Of a DNA stretch of 64,000 bases, positions 12,391 through 22,950 are shown piece after piece. Numbering within the stretch: position 1 is the stretch's first letter; each line of letters starts with the position of its first letter. This stretch comes from Felis catus (Eukaryota). A program made the translations under genes and the position numbers. Location: NCBI RefSeq assembly GCF_018350175.1, contig NC_058369.1:23004001-23068000 (forward strand). Direction: 5' to 3'. Under the pieces are notes generated by a model that was not told the origin of the DNA, did not search any database, and worked only from the letters and a program-made list of their open reading frames with translations.

Positions 12391-12803
12391 ATTTCACCAA
12401 CTATAATGGTGGGAGTTTTCACTACTGAAAATTGAAGACTTTTTGTATATTTTCATGCCTCGGCATTGTCATGGAATTATAGGGTATTTAACGGACATGG
12501 TGTTGCTTTGAATTGTAGCATTGATAGCAATCATGAAGGGAGTTCTTCAACCCTGATTCAAGGAAAGGACACTAAGCTCTGGTAACCAGTCTGGTCACCC
12601 TGTCTACCACTCACAAAGACTGGGAGCTTTTATAATGCCATGTAAAACTGAAAGTTGAAGAAATTTAGGGTCTTACACACCAGTGGGCATAATCTTGGAA
12701 TTTCAGCCTGCTATACATAATATGTTAATAAACTAATATGTGACAAAATAAATATGTAATAAACTAACATGTAATGTTACCTGCTAACAAATACATATTT
12801 AAA

Positions 12804-13017
12804 GTTTTTTTAAGTTTATTTATTTATTTTTGAGAAAGTGAGAGAGAAAGTGTGAGCAGGGGAGGGGCAGAGAGAGAGGGAGATACAGAATCTGAAGCAG
12901 GCTCCAGGCTCCGAGCTGTAAGCACACAGCCTGACGTGGGGCTTGAACCCATAAACCGTGAGATCATGGCCTGAGCTGAAGTCGGATGCTCAACCAACTG
13001 AGCCACCCAGGCACCCC
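12804..13017 (-). mobile_element. CanSINE (SINEC_Fc-like)
   Basis: Canonical body. TSD taacaaata(CA/TG)tattt on both sides. Confidence 0.95.
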
Positions 13018-13547
13018 TAACAAATATGTATTTAAAACGAACCCTAACAAAAGGATGCCTAGGCTTCTAGTTTGAATTGGCCTGTTTCTGACTTTATGTG
13101 TCCAAAACCTCCTTGATTTTACTATATAGTGCAGTCTGTACCCATCAAGCCACACTCATTCAGGTTTTAAAAGAGATGTTGCCGGCCACGTATGCTCTGC
13201 CCATGTCAAGTGTTGCTAAAGAGTGACTGTGCCAGTGCCTTTGGGGCTTGTATCATGAGGCAGTATCTGTGCTTGAAGGTAAGAGAGGTTATGTGTCTTC
13301 GAACCTCACTTCCCACCCTGCGTGTGTTTTTCAGAAATCCTCTCTGCCGTCTGGATTTAGTTCCAGTTTGTCAAAGCAAATATGGTGAATGCGTGGGGAG
13401 AAGCTTATGGTGTAGGTTGTGTTTTGGTGAAGTAGAACGAGCTCTTGTTTTGAGAGGCTTCCCAAGCCCAAGCCCTCATGCCTCTGAAGTCTCACGGATG
13501 TACAGAACTCTGGTGTGTTTTTTAGTCTGAACTTCTTTCTTCCGCAG

Positions 13548-13661
13548 TTCAACCATACTGGGCAAGGCAGCGTCTGCAGCCAGGCCATCATGCTCATCAC
13601 CGATGGGGCAGTGGACACCTATGACACTATCTTTGCGAAGTACAACTGGCCAGATCGGAAG
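13548..13661 (+). CDS. CACNA2D3: Next internal coding exon (114 bp, phase 0/0) of alpha2delta-3, VWA domain with ITDG motif
   Basis: Translates [38 protein letters not shown], in frame with the previous exon. Acceptor ttctttcttccgcag|, donor |gtgagt at 13662. Confidence 0.96.
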
Positions 13662-15808
13662 GTGAGTTGGTGCCGATGCCATGCAGCGTGGTCCATGGAG
13701 AATCTGTGTTGTGCTGTAACCCTCAGGTTGTCCAGGGGTAGGTGCCCCATCTGGACTGAATCTCATAAAAACTACTGTTTCTCCGGCTTGTAGTTTTTGG
13801 TTGACCAAGCCAAATACTATAGCTTTCCTTGTTTTCAAAATGACACTTTTTTGGAGGAGAGAAGAAACCTGTAAAGACACATTCAGCGTGTTCAGTGAAA
13901 AGACTCACTGTGAAGCGTGCTTTGTCCATAGTGGGCAGCACCATTGTTTTCCGTGGACCCAGAGCTGCTTGGTGAGTCCTGCATCTATAGATGGTGAAGT
14001 TGGCCATGGCGGCCACCCAGTCCTCTCTTGTGTGTTTCTGTATTTCTCTAGCTCCTCGTTCACCACCCTCATTACCCTCATTACCGCCCAGAAGCTTCTC
14101 TCCATCTCCCAGGGCTGTTCCCCATCCTTGTCAAAGCTTGTACACTGTTCTAATTCCTTCTTTGCTTTCCAAGTTGACGTTTATTTATCTGCTGAACCCA
14201 TATGTTAGGGTGTCCATGATGGATGTTAATGTTTTTGGTGTGTCTGAGTGCCAAAACCCAGAGATTCCTCAAGCTGTTAGCCAGTTTGAATTCCCTGGGG
14301 AGATCTTTTAAATTCTGGATACTTGTACTCTATCCCATGCCTACAGAATCAAGATTTCTAAGGATGTGGTGTGGTAATCCATGTTTTTAATAAGTTCCTC
14401 TAGTGGGCACCAATCAGCAGATTAGCACTTGGTGATCTCTATCTCACCTGAATGGTGGGATTTTCACAGGAAAAAGGCCAGTCAGAGAAGGTGCTATCCC
14501 AGGGGTATCACAGAGGCACTGTCCTGTCCCATGAGCCAGTGGCATTACTCTGACTGTCTCTATAAGTGCGTAAGACCATTCAGACCAAGTCTGTCCTACT
14601 TTACCTATTTTGTGTATTTAATTTCCTGGAACCGAACTAACCACACACACTTGGCAAAAAGAAAGAGAAGACAAATGACCGCTGTGTCTTCAGCTGTATC
14701 CAGAGAGTGTGTGCCATTGAGGGAGCGTGACATGTCAAGGTGTCATCCCATGTTCCCTTAGTCATTCTTGGTCCCCACATTGCTCTGATAACACTGACAT
14801 CTCACCTCACTGAGTGTGCATCTGCATTTTAAAGATACATACGTTTTGAACAACATGGTCCCTAAATGGATGCCAACTGCTTCTCCTGGTGCTCAAACTT
14901 AGAAAGAGCCATCACTTCTGAAGCTGGAGGAAACGTTTGCTGTGCTGGGCTTTCTCAGGGGATGTGGGACTGTGATACGGCTTAAGGGACGCCCAGGGAG
15001 AGATGTGGCTGATTGCAGCTCCCGCAACAAGCACTACCTTAGAACCTAGCCCTCGTATAAGATGGCAGTTCAGTGTTGGACAAGGAGATTTTAGATGTAG
15101 GATTTCAGGTGAGGGTTTTCAGGGATAGGTGGAGGCCACAGGGTAATTCCTTGATAGATGTAGTCATGTGAAGGGAAGAACGTGCTGGATACATGTGCAC
15201 CCCTGGAGCATACAGCACGATGCTGGGCATGTGGCCGGTACCTAATGCACAGTCCTAAGGTGTGGCTGAGTGACCGAGGGGCCCGGCGGGGTGGGAGGCC
15301 ACAGTGCTAGTAAACATGGGTAGGGCCACAGACATTTTGCAGGCATGTGGAATGTTTGCTGGTGCCATGACGTTTCATAACATGTTGAAGGGTATTTTGA
15401 CTTATTTGGGACCATCGTACATAAGAAAGTGAGAGGGTCTTTTCATAAGCAGCTTCATTAAGACCAAATGTGTTATCAGACAAGTCTCACATACTGAATT
15501 CTCTGAATCTGTCCCATTTGGTGATACTTGGTGGATAGCAGTTGCTCAATAATATTGGTATTTGAATATCCTTACTTGTAAGGAGAGGCATAGAATGAGG
15601 GCTTCAAAGTCACAGTTCTTCAGACAAAACACAAATGTCAACATATCTTGCCAAAGATACAATACTGACTTTCAATCAGGTGCTTTTTTGGATATATTGG
15701 AACCAGGATTCTGGAAGTTTCAACATTACATAAAGGAGCTTCATTGACTTATAAAGTATTATCAAGCAGAAGCAGATTTGACTTTTGTAACAAGAGAGTC
15801 TTCTTTTT

Positions 15809-16043
15809 ATTTATTTTTTTTATTTTTATTTTTTTAATTTTTTTAATGTTTATTTTTGAGACAGAGAGAGACAGAGCATGAACCGGGGAGGGTCAGAGAG
15901 AGAGGGAGACACAGAATCTGAAACAGGCTCCAGGCTCCGAGCCATCAGCCCAGAGCCTGACGCGGGGCTCGAACTCATGGACCGCGAGATCATGACCTGA
16001 GCCGAAGTCGGACGCTTAACCGACTGAGCCACCCAGGCGCCCT
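15809..16043 (-). mobile_element. Young CanSINE
   Basis: CpG-rich body. TSD GAGAGTCTTCTTTTT at 15794-15808 and 16044-16058. Confidence 0.95.
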
Positions 16044-16058
16044 GAGAGTCTTCTTTTT

Positions 16059-16275
16059 AAAAAAAATATTTTATTTATGCATTAGAGTGGACATATGAGC
16101 ACATGTGAGTGGAGGAGGGGCAGAGAGAGAGAGAGGGAGAGAGAGACTCCCAAGCAGGCTCAGCACTGTTAGCGCAGAGCCTGACTCGGGGCTCAGTCTC
16201 ACAAACCGTGAGATCATGACCTGAGCCCAAATCGAGAGTTAGATTCTTAACCAACTGACCCACTCAGGTACCTCC
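16059..16275 (-). mobile_element. Older CanSINE directly adjacent to the previous one
   Basis: Diverged head (GGAGGTACCTGAGTGGGTCAGTTGGTTAAG), CT tract and A tail. Confidence 0.9.
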
Positions 16276-16826
16276 AAACAGTCTTTTTCTGTGATTAGAA
16301 GTTCATAGCAGGGTTCCATCCCTCCTGCTGCATTTTGGAGAGTTTTATGGTGTTCACATATATACACGTACACATTCTCTTCTTGATGATTTGTCTGTGA
16401 AGTTGAGCGCAGTAAGTTTGCATGGATCCCAGTGTGATTTAGCATTGTGTTAAAGTGAGGAGATGTGCAGTGTCTAAGCAGTCCTCTTTCTCTGTTATTC
16501 TGAACATTAGATATTTAGCAGAGGACTCTGTCATGCCATAGTGGGCAGTCTTCAAGATCGTAGATACAGGAAATGGGTTCAGGAGAGAGGAAAATGATCT
16601 TTTTTTTTTCAACATATGAAATTTATTGTCAGATTGGTTTCCGTACAACACCCAGTGCTCATCCCAAAAGGTGCCCTTCTCAATACCCATCACCCACCCT
16701 CCCCTCCCTCTCACCCCCCATCAACCCTGTTTGTTCTCAGTTTTTAAGAGTCTCTTATGCTTTGGCTCTCTCCCACTCTAACCTCTTTTTTTTCTTCCCC
16801 TCCCCCATGGTCTTCTGTTAAGTTTC

Positions 16827-19800
16827 TCAGGATCCACATAAAAGTGAAAACATATGGTATCTGTCTTTCTCTGTATGGCTTATTTCACTTAGCATAACAC
16901 TCTCTAGCTCCATCCACGTTGCTACAAAGGGCCAGATTTCATTCTTTCTCATTGCCATGTAGTACTCCATTGTGTATATAAACCACAATTTCTTTATCCA
17001 TTCATCAATTGAAGGACATTTAGGCTCTTTCCATAATTTGGCTATTGTTGAGAGTGCTGCTATAAACATTGGGGTACAAGTGCCCCTATGCATCAGCACT
17101 CCTGTATCCCCTGGGTAAATTCCTAGCAGTGCTATTGCTGGGTCATAGGGTAGGTCTATTTTTAATTTTTTGAGGAACCTCCACATTGTTTTCCAGAGTG
17201 GCTGCACTAGTTTGCATTCCCACCAACAGTGCAAGAGGGTTCCCGTTTCTCCACATCCTCTCCGGCATCTATAGTCTCCTGATTTGTTCATTTTGGCCAC
17301 TCTGACTGGCATGAGGTGATATCTGAGTGTGGTTTTGATTTGTATTTCCCTGATGAGGAGCGACGTTGAGCATCTTTTCATGTGCCTGTTGGCCATATGG
17401 ATGTCTTCTTTAGAAAAGTGTCTATTCATGGGGCGCCTGGGTGGCGCAGTCGGTTAAGCGTCCGACTTCAGCCAGGTCACGATCTCATGGTCCGTGAGTT
17501 CGAGCCCCATGTCAGGCTCTGGGCTGATGGCTCAGAGCCTGGAGCCTGTTTCTGATTCTGTGTCTCCCTCTCTCTCTGCCCCTCCCCTGTTCATGCTCTG
17601 TCTCTCTCTGTCCCAAAAATAAATAAATGTTGAAAAAAAATTAAAAAAAAAGTGTCTATTCATGTTTTCTGCCCATTTCTTCACTGGATTATTTGTTTTT
17701 CGGGTGTGGAGTTTGGTGAGCTCTTTATAGATTTTGGATACTAGCCCTTTGTCTGATATGTCATTTGCAAATATCTTTTCCCATTCCGTTGGTTGCCTTT
17801 TAGTTTTGTTGGTTGTTTCCCTTGCCGTGAAGAAGCTTTTTATCTTCATGAGGTCCCAGTAGTTCATTTTTGCTTTTAATTCCCTTGCCTTTGGGGATGT
17901 GTCAAGTAAGAAATTGCTACGACTGAGGTCAGAGAGGTTTTTTCCTGCTTTTTCCTCTAGGGTTTTGATGGTTTCCTGTCTCACATTCAGGTCCTTAATC
18001 CATTTTGAGTTTATTTTTGTGAGTGGTGTAAGAAAGTGGTCTAGTTTCAACCTTCTGCATGTTGCTGTCCAGTTCTCCCAGCACCATTTGTTAAAGAGAC
18101 TGTCTTTTTTCCATTGGATGTTCTTTCCTGCTTTGTCAAAGATGAGTTGGCCATACGTTTGTGGGTCTAGTTCTGGGGTTTCTATTCTATTCCATTGGTC
18201 TCTGTGTCTGTTTTTGTGCCAATACCATGCTGTCGATGATTACAGCTTTGTAGTTGAGGATAAAGTCTGGGATTGTGATGCCTCCTGCTTTGGTCTTCTT
18301 CAAAATTACTTTGGCTATTCGGGGCCTTTTGTGGTTCCATATGAATTTTAGGATTGCTTGTTCTAGCTTCGAGAAGAATGCTGGTGCAATTTTGATTGGG
18401 ATTGCATTGAATGTGTAGATAGCTTTGGGTAAGTATTGACATTTTGACAATATTTATTCTTCCAATACATGAGCACGGCATGTTTTTCCATTTCTTTATA
18501 TCTTCTTCAATTTCCTTCATAAGCTTTCTATAGTTTTTAGCATACAAATCTTTTACATCTTTGGTTAGATTTATCCCTAGGTATTTTATGCTTCTTGGTG
18601 CAGTTGTGAATGGGATCAGTTTCTTTGTCTTTCTGTTGCTTCAATATTAGTGTGTAAGAATGCAACTGATTTCTGTACATTGATTTTGTATCCTGCAACT
18701 TTGCTGAATTCCTGTATCAGTTCTAGCAGACTTTTGGTGGAGTCTATCAGATTTTCCATGTATAATATCATGTCATCTGCAAAAAGTGAAAGCTTAACTT
18801 CATTTTTGCCAATTTTGATGCCTTTGATTTCCTTTTGTTGTCTGATTGTTGATGCTAGAACTTCCAACACTATGTTAAACAACAGCGGTGAGAGTGGACA
18901 TCCCTGTCATGTTCCTGATCTCAGGGAAAAAGCTCTCAGTTTTTCCCCATTGAGGATGATGTTAGCTGTGGGCTTTTCATAAATGGCTTTTATGATGTTT
19001 AAGTATGTTCCTTCTATCCCAACTTTCTCGAGGGTTTCTATTAAGAAGCGTTGCTGAATTTTGTCAAATGCCTTTTCTGCATTGATTGACAGGATCATAT
19101 GGTTCTTTTCTTTTATTAATGTGATGTATCACGTTGATTGATTTGCGAATGTTGAGCCAGCCCTGCATCCCAGGAATGAATCCCACTTGATCATGGTGAA
19201 TAATTCTTTTTATATGCTGTTGAATTTGATTTGCTAGTATCTTATTGAGAATTTTTGCATCCATATTCATCAGGGATATTGGCCTGTAGTTCTCTTTTTT
19301 TACTGGGTCTCTCTCTGGTTTAGGAACCAAAGTAATTCTGGCTTGATAGAATGAGTCTGGAAGTTTTCCTTCCCTTTCTATTTTTTGGAATAGCTTGAGA
19401 AGGATAGGTATTATTTCTGCTTTAAATGTCCGGTAGAATTCCCCTGGGAAGCCATCTGGTCCTGGACTCTTATTTGTTGGGAGATTTTTGATAACCGATT
19501 CAATTTCTTCACTGGTTATGGGTCTGTTCAAGCTGTCTATTTCCTCCTGATTGAGTTTTGGGAGTGTGTGGGTGTTTAGGAATTTGTCCATTTCTTCCAG
19601 GTTGTCCAGTTTGTTGGCATATAATTTCTCATAGTATTCCCTGATAATTGCTTGTATCTCTGAGGGATTGGTGGTAATAATTCCATTTTCATTCATGATT
19701 TTATCTATTTGGGTCATCTCCCTTTTCTTTTTGAGAAGCCTGGCTAGAGGTTTATCAATTTTGTTTATTTTTTCAAAAAACCGACTCTTGATTTTGTTGA

Positions 19801-20873
19801 TCTGCTCTACAGTTTTTTTAGATTCTGTATTGTTTATTTCTGCTCTGATCTTTATTATTTCTCTTCTTCTGCTGGGTTTAGGCTGTCTTTGCTGTTCGGC
19901 TTCTATTTCCTTTAGGTGTGCTGTTAGATTTTGTATTTGGGATTTTTCTTGTTTCTTGAGATAGGCCTGAATTGCAATGTATTTTCCTCTTAGGACTGCC
20001 TTCGCTGCATCCCAAAGCGTTTGGATTGTTGTATTTTCATTTTCGTTTGTTTCCATATATTTTTTAATTTCTTCTCTAATTGCCTGGTTGACCCATTCAT
20101 TCTTTAGTAGGGTGTTCTTTAACCTCCATGCTTTTGGAGGTTTTCCAGACTTTTTCTTGTGGTTGATTTGAAGCTTCATAGCATTGTGGTCTGAAAGTAT
20201 GCATGGTATGATCTCAATTCTTGTATACTTATGAAGGGCTGTTTTGTGACCCAATATGTGATCTATCTTGGAGAATGTTCCATGTGTACTCGAGAAGAAA
20301 GTATATTCTGTTGCTTTGGGATGCAGAGTTCTAAATATATCTGTCAAGTCCATCTGATCCAATGTATCATTCAGGGTCCTTGTTTCTTTATTGACCGTGT
20401 ATCTAGATGATCTATCCATTTCTGTAAGTGGAGTGTTAAAGTCCCCTGCAATTACCACATTGTTATCAATAAGGTTGCTTATGTTTGTGAGTAATTGCTT
20501 TATATATTTGGGGGCTCCCGTATTCGGTGCATAGACATTTATAATTGTTAGCTCTTCCTGATGAATAGACCCTGTAATTATTATATAATGCCCTTCTTCA
20601 TCTCTTGTTACAGCCTTTAATTTAAAGTCTAGTTTGTCTGATATAAGTATGGCTACTCCAGCTTTCTTTTGACTTCCAGTAGCATGATAAATAGGTCTCC
20701 ATCCCCTCACTTTCAACCTGAAGGTGTCCTCAGGTCTAAAATGAGTCTCTTGTAGACAGCAAACAGATGGGTCTTATTTTTTTTATCCATTCTGATACCC
20801 AATGTCTTTTGCTTGGCACATTTAGTCCATTTACACTCAGTGTTATTATAGAAAGATACGGGTTTAGAGTCAT
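16827..20873 (-). pseudogene. L1 ORF2 (endonuclease, reverse transcriptase, Cys-rich C-terminus), multiply disrupted and SINE-interrupted
   Basis: MTLNPYLSIITLSVNGLN start at 20873. Endonuclease motifs GDFNTPL and SDHNAM, Z domain [10 protein letters not shown] motif LFADDMILY and C-terminal [18 protein letters not shown] are spread over 8 ORF pieces. Confidence 0.95.
17431..17647 (+). mobile_element. Felid-type CanSINE nested in L1 ORF2
   Basis: GGGCGCCTGGGTGGCGCAGTCGGTTAAGCGTCCGACTTCAGCCAGGTCACGATCTC head. Perfect 17-bp TSD AAAAGTGTCTATTCATG at 17414-17430 and 17648-17664 duplicates the ORF2 MNRHF codons. Confidence 0.97.
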
Positions 20874-20923
20874 TGTGATGTCCGTAGGTTTCATGCTTGT
20901 AGCGATGTCTCTGGTACTTTGTC

Positions 20924-21810
20924 TCACAGGATCCCCCTTGTAGGATCTCTTGTAGGGCTGGTTTAGTGGTGACGAATTCCTTCAGTTTTTGTTTGTTTGG
21001 GAAGACCTTTATCTCTCCTTCTATTCTAAATGACAGACTTGCTGGATAAAGGATTCTCGGCTGCATATTTTTTCTGTTCATCACATTGAAGATCTCCTGC
21101 CATTCCTTTCTGGCCTGCCAAGTTTCAGTAGAGAGATCGGTCACGAGTCTTATAGGCCTCCCTTTATATGTTAGAGCATGTTTATCTCTAGCTGCTTTCA
21201 GAATTTTCTCTTTATCCTTGTATTTTGCCAGTTTCACTATGATATGTCGTGCAGAAGATCGATTCAAGTTACGTCTGAAGGGAGTTCTCTGTGCCTGTTG
21301 GATTTCAGTGCCTTTTTCCTTCCCCAGATCAGGGAAGTTCTCAGCTATTATTTCTTCAAGTACACCTTCAGCACCTTTCCCTCTCTCTTCCTCCTCTGGA
21401 ATACCAATTATGCGTATATTATTTCTCTTTAGTGCATCACTTATTTCTCTAATTTTCCCCTCATACTCCTGGATTTTTTTTATCTCTCTTTTTCTCAGCT
21501 TCCTCTTTTTCCATAATTTTATCTTCTAGTTCACCTATTCTCTCCTCTGCCTCTTCAATCTGAGCTGTGGTCATCTCCATTTTATTTTGCAGCTCATTAA
21601 TAGCTCCTCCTGGCTGTTCCTTAGTCCCTTGATCTCTATAGCAATAGATTCTCTGCTATCCTTTATACTGTTTTCAAGCCCAGTGATTAATTTTATGACT
21701 ATTATCCTAAATTCATTTTCTATTATATTGTTTAAATCATTTTTGATCAGTTTGTTAGCTGTCGTTATTTCCTGGAGGTTTTTTTGAGGGGAATTCTTCC
21801 ATTTCATCAT
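20924..21810 (-). pseudogene. L1 ORF1, frameshifted
   Basis: Fragments MMKWKNSPQKNLQE... (ORF 21571-21879) and ...RHIIVKLAKYKDKEKILKAAR...YPASLSFRIEGEIKVF...KPALQEIL (ORF 20713-21267) lie in separate ORFs. Confidence 0.9.
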
Positions 21811-22285
21811 TTTGGATAGTCCCTGGAGTGGTGCAGAACTGCAGGGCACTTCCCCTGTGCTGTCTTGAATAACTTGCATTGGTGGGCGGGTCCGCAGTCA
21901 GACCTGATGTCTGCCCCTAGCCCACCGCTGGGGCCACAGTCAGACTGGTGTGTGCCTTCTCTTCACCTCTCCTAGGGGCAGGATTCACTGTGGGGTGGTG
22001 TGGCCCGTCTGGGCTACTTGCACACTGCCAGGCTTGTGGTGCTGGGGATCTGGCATATTAGCTGGGATGGATCGGCAAGGTCCACAGGGGCGGGAGGGGC
22101 AGGCTCAGCTCGCTTATCCTTAGGTGATCGGCTTCGGGAGGGGCCCCTCTTCCGTGGGCCTCTCGTCTGCACTTGGCTCCGGAGAATCCATTCTGCTAGT
22201 CTTCTGGTGGTTTTCTGGGTTATTTAGGCAGGTGTAGGTGGAGTCTAAGTGACCAGCTAGACGCGGTGAGCCCAGCATCCTCCTA

Positions 22286-22297
22286 CGCCGCCATCTT
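22286..22297 (-). promoter_or_regulatory. YY1-type site at the L1 5' terminus
   Basis: AAGATGGCGGCG on the - strand, ~12 nt from the 5' TSD, matching the YY1 core typical of L1 5' ends. Confidence 0.75.
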
Positions 22298-22351
22298 CTG
22301 ATCCAGTCTAGGGGAAAATGATCTTAAGGCTGGAAGGTGTTTCCCATAAGA

Positions 22352-22522
22352 CAGTGGTTCTCAAACTTGAGCAAACATCAGAATTATCTGGACTTATTCC
22401 AATATGCATTGCTTACCTCCTTCCAGGAGTTTCTGATCCAGTAGGGCTGGCTGGGGCCTGGGAATGAGCATTCCTCACACATTGCCAGGTGACGTGGATG
22501 CTGCACACTTGGGGAGCAGCTA
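22352..22522. mobile_element. MER5A-like fossil
   Basis: cagtggttctcaaactt...catcagaattatctgg...agtttctgatccagtagggctgg...ggggcctgggaat. Confidence 0.75.
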
Positions 22523-22703
22523 CCATAGGAGACAGCCTGAGGAACAGTGTTTGCTTCTGCTGTGGGCTGGGATACTTTTGTTCTCTCTGCTTATTTTATG
22601 AGCACCTGCTCCTTTGGGCAAATCCAGTGCACAGGTATGTGTTTCTTGACTCATACTTTGTTTAAAAAATTGCCAACTCCTGATCATCATTTAAAAATCT
22701 GAA

Positions 22704-22917
22704 GGGGGCTCTGGGTGGCTCATTTGGCTAAGCATCCAACTTCAGCTCAGGTCATGATCTCACAGTTTATGAGTTCAAGTCCTGCGTTGGGCTCTGTGCT
22801 GAACAGCTCAGAGCCTGGAGTCTTTGGGGTTCTGTGTCTCCCTCTCTCTCTGTCCCTCCTCTGCTCATGCTCTGTCTCTCTCTCTCTCTCTCAAAAACAA
22901 GTAAATAAAAATAAAAA
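22704..22917 (+). mobile_element. CanSINE
   Basis: Diverged head, CT tract and A-rich tail. Confidence 0.9.
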
Positions 22918-22950
22918 TCAATCAATCAGTCAATCAGTGTGGAGAGAGTT

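Larger units (their letters stand above)
4815..13547 (+). other. CACNA2D3: GT-AG intron (8733 bp) between the two CACNA2D3 exons
   Basis: Starts GTAAGC, ends CGCAG. Joining gives the contiguous ...NILSD|FNHTG... protein. Confidence 0.9.
16602..22309 (-). mobile_element. 5'-complete, inactivated carnivore/felid LINE-1, antisense to the host gene
   Basis: 5' AAGATGGCGGCG motif, ORF1 and ORF2 fragments, 3' UTR, AATAAA (16622-16627, - strand) and A-tail (16600-16609). TSD GGAAAATGATCTT at 16589-16601 and 22313-22325. Endonuclease-like TT/AAGA site. Confidence 0.96.

Noticed and set aside
17431..17510. tRNA-like sequence with A/B boxes
   Set aside because: It is the tRNA-derived head of a CanSINE, not a tRNA gene.
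19064..20716. 550-aa L1 ORF2 piece as an active or domesticated protein
   Set aside because: It lacks the endonuclease N-terminus and the RT catalytic core because of flanking frameshifts. Its length fits the element's modest age.
17899..21787. Plus-strand ORFs antisense to L1
   Set aside because: Common by-product of L1 codon composition, with no independent evidence of function.
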